Shown piece by piece: positions 61,690-64,000 of a DNA stretch of 64,000 nucleotides. The notes under the pieces were generated by a model. It was not told the DNA's origin and searched no databases. It worked only from the letters and a program-made list of their open reading frames with translations. Every line of letters starts with the position of its first letter. The first letter of the stretch is position 1. The stretch is from Hydrolagus affinis (Eukaryota). Made by a program: the position numbers and the translations under genes. The stretch is taken from NCBI GenBank assembly GCA_012026655.1, contig JAAILG010000028.1, forward strand, positions 62,001-126,000, written 5' to 3'.

Positions 61690-61815
61690 AAGACTTTTCT
61701 CTTCGACCGTACCTACGCTCAATAAACTCCGCCGCCGCTGAGTGCTCTGAGACACCACTGCGCATGAAGGGCGCTAGGCAAGGAAGAGTTGTCGCGGTTC
61801 ATCGCAGGCACAAAG
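61690..61815. promoter_or_regulatory. Small CpG-enriched, promoter-like patch
   Basis: About 11 CpGs in ~120 bp of non-repeat DNA, CCGCCGCCG, and a partial NRF1-like TGCGCATG at 61759-61766. Confidence 0.25.
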
Positions 61816-62100
61816 GCTGAAGTAAAAGCAATTATTGGAGTCAACCCGCATTAGTTTTTTTTTACAGGAATATCTCAATGAATGCTGACTTGGGTTACTG
61901 TCATTCAATCTCGGTCTATTTTCAGAGTGGAGTTGCCTCAAGTCAGCCTGATGTGCGCGATGCACTGTCAGTAAATGGAAGGAATGCTTATCGTCATACA
62001 ACAGAAATTCAACCTGATATTTCAATATTAAAGCTGAGCAAATTTGTCAAGATTCGTTTAAACGCGACAGCCACCCCGCCAACAATTAAAATGATGCCAA

Positions 62101-62385
62101 ATAGTAATAATAATCCTTGCATTTGATCCACAGCGTCGAAAGCTCTCAAAAAGGCTTTGCTCGTAATTGCGGTAAAGTGCAGCGCTGTCTGTTTTGTAGA
62201 CGAACGTGATAACCTATTTGCACGCAGCAATGTCCCACAAACAGCCATGAGGTGAATGGCTAATTTTATCTGTGACATAGTTGACTAGGACTCCGGGAGA
62301 GATTCTCTTCCGTTTCCGACTCGTGCCATGGAATCTTTCACATCTCCCTGAGGGGGGCACACATAGAAACTTGGTTTAATGCCTC
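62101..62385 (-). mobile_element. SacSINE1-like Deu SINE, 5'-truncated
   Basis: Antisense tail, GCAGCAATGTCCCACAAACAGCCATGA, TTGACTAGGACTCCGGGAGAG, GTGCCATGGAATCTTTCACATC, TTGGTTTAATG. Confidence 0.8.
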
Positions 62386-64000
62386 AACTGACTGATCGCA
62401 GTCTGATAGAGAACCACATTTGCCTATCAATACAGTACTACTTTACAGAAATCTTGTGAGGGCGTGGAACAGTTCCATGTTACTAGACACCTTCTCAAAT
62501 GCAAGGATTTAATGTTCAATTACAAAGCCGACTATCGCAGGCTCTGCAGTTGCTTAGATACAACATTTACACTTCTATCTGGGTACCAAAAGTTCAATGT
62601 TTTATTCCACTGAGTGTGGGCCATTGAGAATACTTGTGTCAGGCTAGCTGTCCATAGCCTCACAAACCATTGCTCCCTATTTGTTTCAAAGTGACGAGTG
62701 CAATTAAATAAAAGACGTAATGATCATCCTTTAAAATGTTTGACAATAAGTGAATTTGCAGATGGCCTTTGCTTTTATTCCAGTTTTGAAATTGATGTGA
62801 CCTTTTCTCATCTATACCAAACAATGACAAGCTGACCTGTCTACAGAAGCATTACACTGTGTCTCAATAGTTTTCTCTTTGACTACGCTTTAGATCATCT
62901 TTGCTCCACCTCCAACCCCTCAACTCCCACTCCCCCAGCTCGCTTGTCAAACCTGGACTGTCCAACCCCCTGAGATATGCTTCCCAACGTGAAAGGAACT
63001 ATATAAATGTTGTTATTCTATATTTGTGTATATCCTGCGCCTCTCACTCAATGTTGAACCAGTATGTCCCTTACTTGAAACACATCTGTTAAGCATGAAA
63101 TTATTTGATAAGAGGAATGGAATTTTTTTCTACATATACCTCAGTCAGTAACAATCCATTGGGACAACGCATGCTGTATGTAATATGTAATATTACCACT
63201 GATATAACTTGTGGTAATAAGTTGCAATTCAATGTTAGGAGTAAAAACATAGCAGTTTCTAGGCGTGTGCCAAATCCACGCAGTCACTATAATTGTCAAT
63301 AATAATCGACAAGATGTGAAGCATCTTGAGAGGTTCTAAGCTATAAATACTGAATCAATTGTAAGGATTATAATTCAGATTTCTCTATTTGATTTATTTT
63401 GTATTATACTTAAGAATCTAAAACCTTGGTTAACTTCGATCACTGTATCCCATCCTCGCGATATTCAATGCCACATTATTTTTTGGCCTTTAAAGTTCCC
63501 GTGTTTCTAGTTTTTTTCTCTCTCGTTGTTTCAGTCAGGGACTGTTATGCCACGTCTCGAATTCCATATTACGTACCAGCCGGAAACATCAGAATGTCTG
63601 TTCCATTGATTTTGGATCAATAAATATCAAGTAACATTTGCAAGCAGCTACCATTTAATTAGTCATCTCGTTGCTCTAAAGAACACTTACACAGTAACCA
63701 TATGGCCAAAAGATTGGCCTTGGATATAGAAAGGCCATCCACAGATATCTTGACCTTACTAATAAAATATTCAGCAATGTCTCTGTGCCTTTTGGGAGCC
63801 ACACAACAAACAGACTTCAGTGAGGAGGAGTGGATTATAGAAAGGGAGCTCTGTATATTTACTGGAGAGAGAGGAATAATTTATTCACATTCCATAAGAA
63901 AACTGGGCTCAAATTCCAGTTGGTGTTATGCTTAGAGTGATGCTAAGGAAATTTCCATCCTATGACAAAATGGGCATCAACAAAAGTATCGCAAGTAATT

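Noticed and set aside
1-64000. CRISPR array, operon or other prokaryotic system
   Set aside because: The repeats are dispersed, diverged and in both orientations, with retroposon tails; the DNA is vertebrate-type non-coding sequence.

Overview
Eukaryotic, vertebrate-type non-coding DNA: AT-rich, CpG-depleted and dense in repeats. The repeat set points to a cartilaginous fish, possibly a chimaera such as Callorhinchus (inference). It includes SacSINE1-like Deu-domain SINEs, CR1 3' ends and L2 3' ends with (GTT)n tails. I recognise no protein-coding exon of a host gene; the only ORF-track peptides I can place are decayed CR1/L2 ORF2 C-termini or SINE read-throughs. The window is therefore probably a large intron or gene desert. 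Main content: about 35 copies or fragments of one tRNA-headed SINE ending in ...GCGCTATATCAAATGCAAGG(ATT)n, in long and short variants; several older SacSINE1-like copies; many CR1 and L2 3' fragments, including recurrent ~55-65 nt L2 tail-only stubs; microsatellites; and one young, CpG-rich 425-bp non-autonomous hAT-type element with a perfect 8-bp TSD (47487-47911). Unique stretches contain enhancer-like motif clusters and a few minus-strand segments with good splice sites, which could belong to an unannotated spliced transcript. No new biological system is demonstrated. Repeat coordinates were read by eye and are approximate (about +/-10-20 nt) unless stated as exact.
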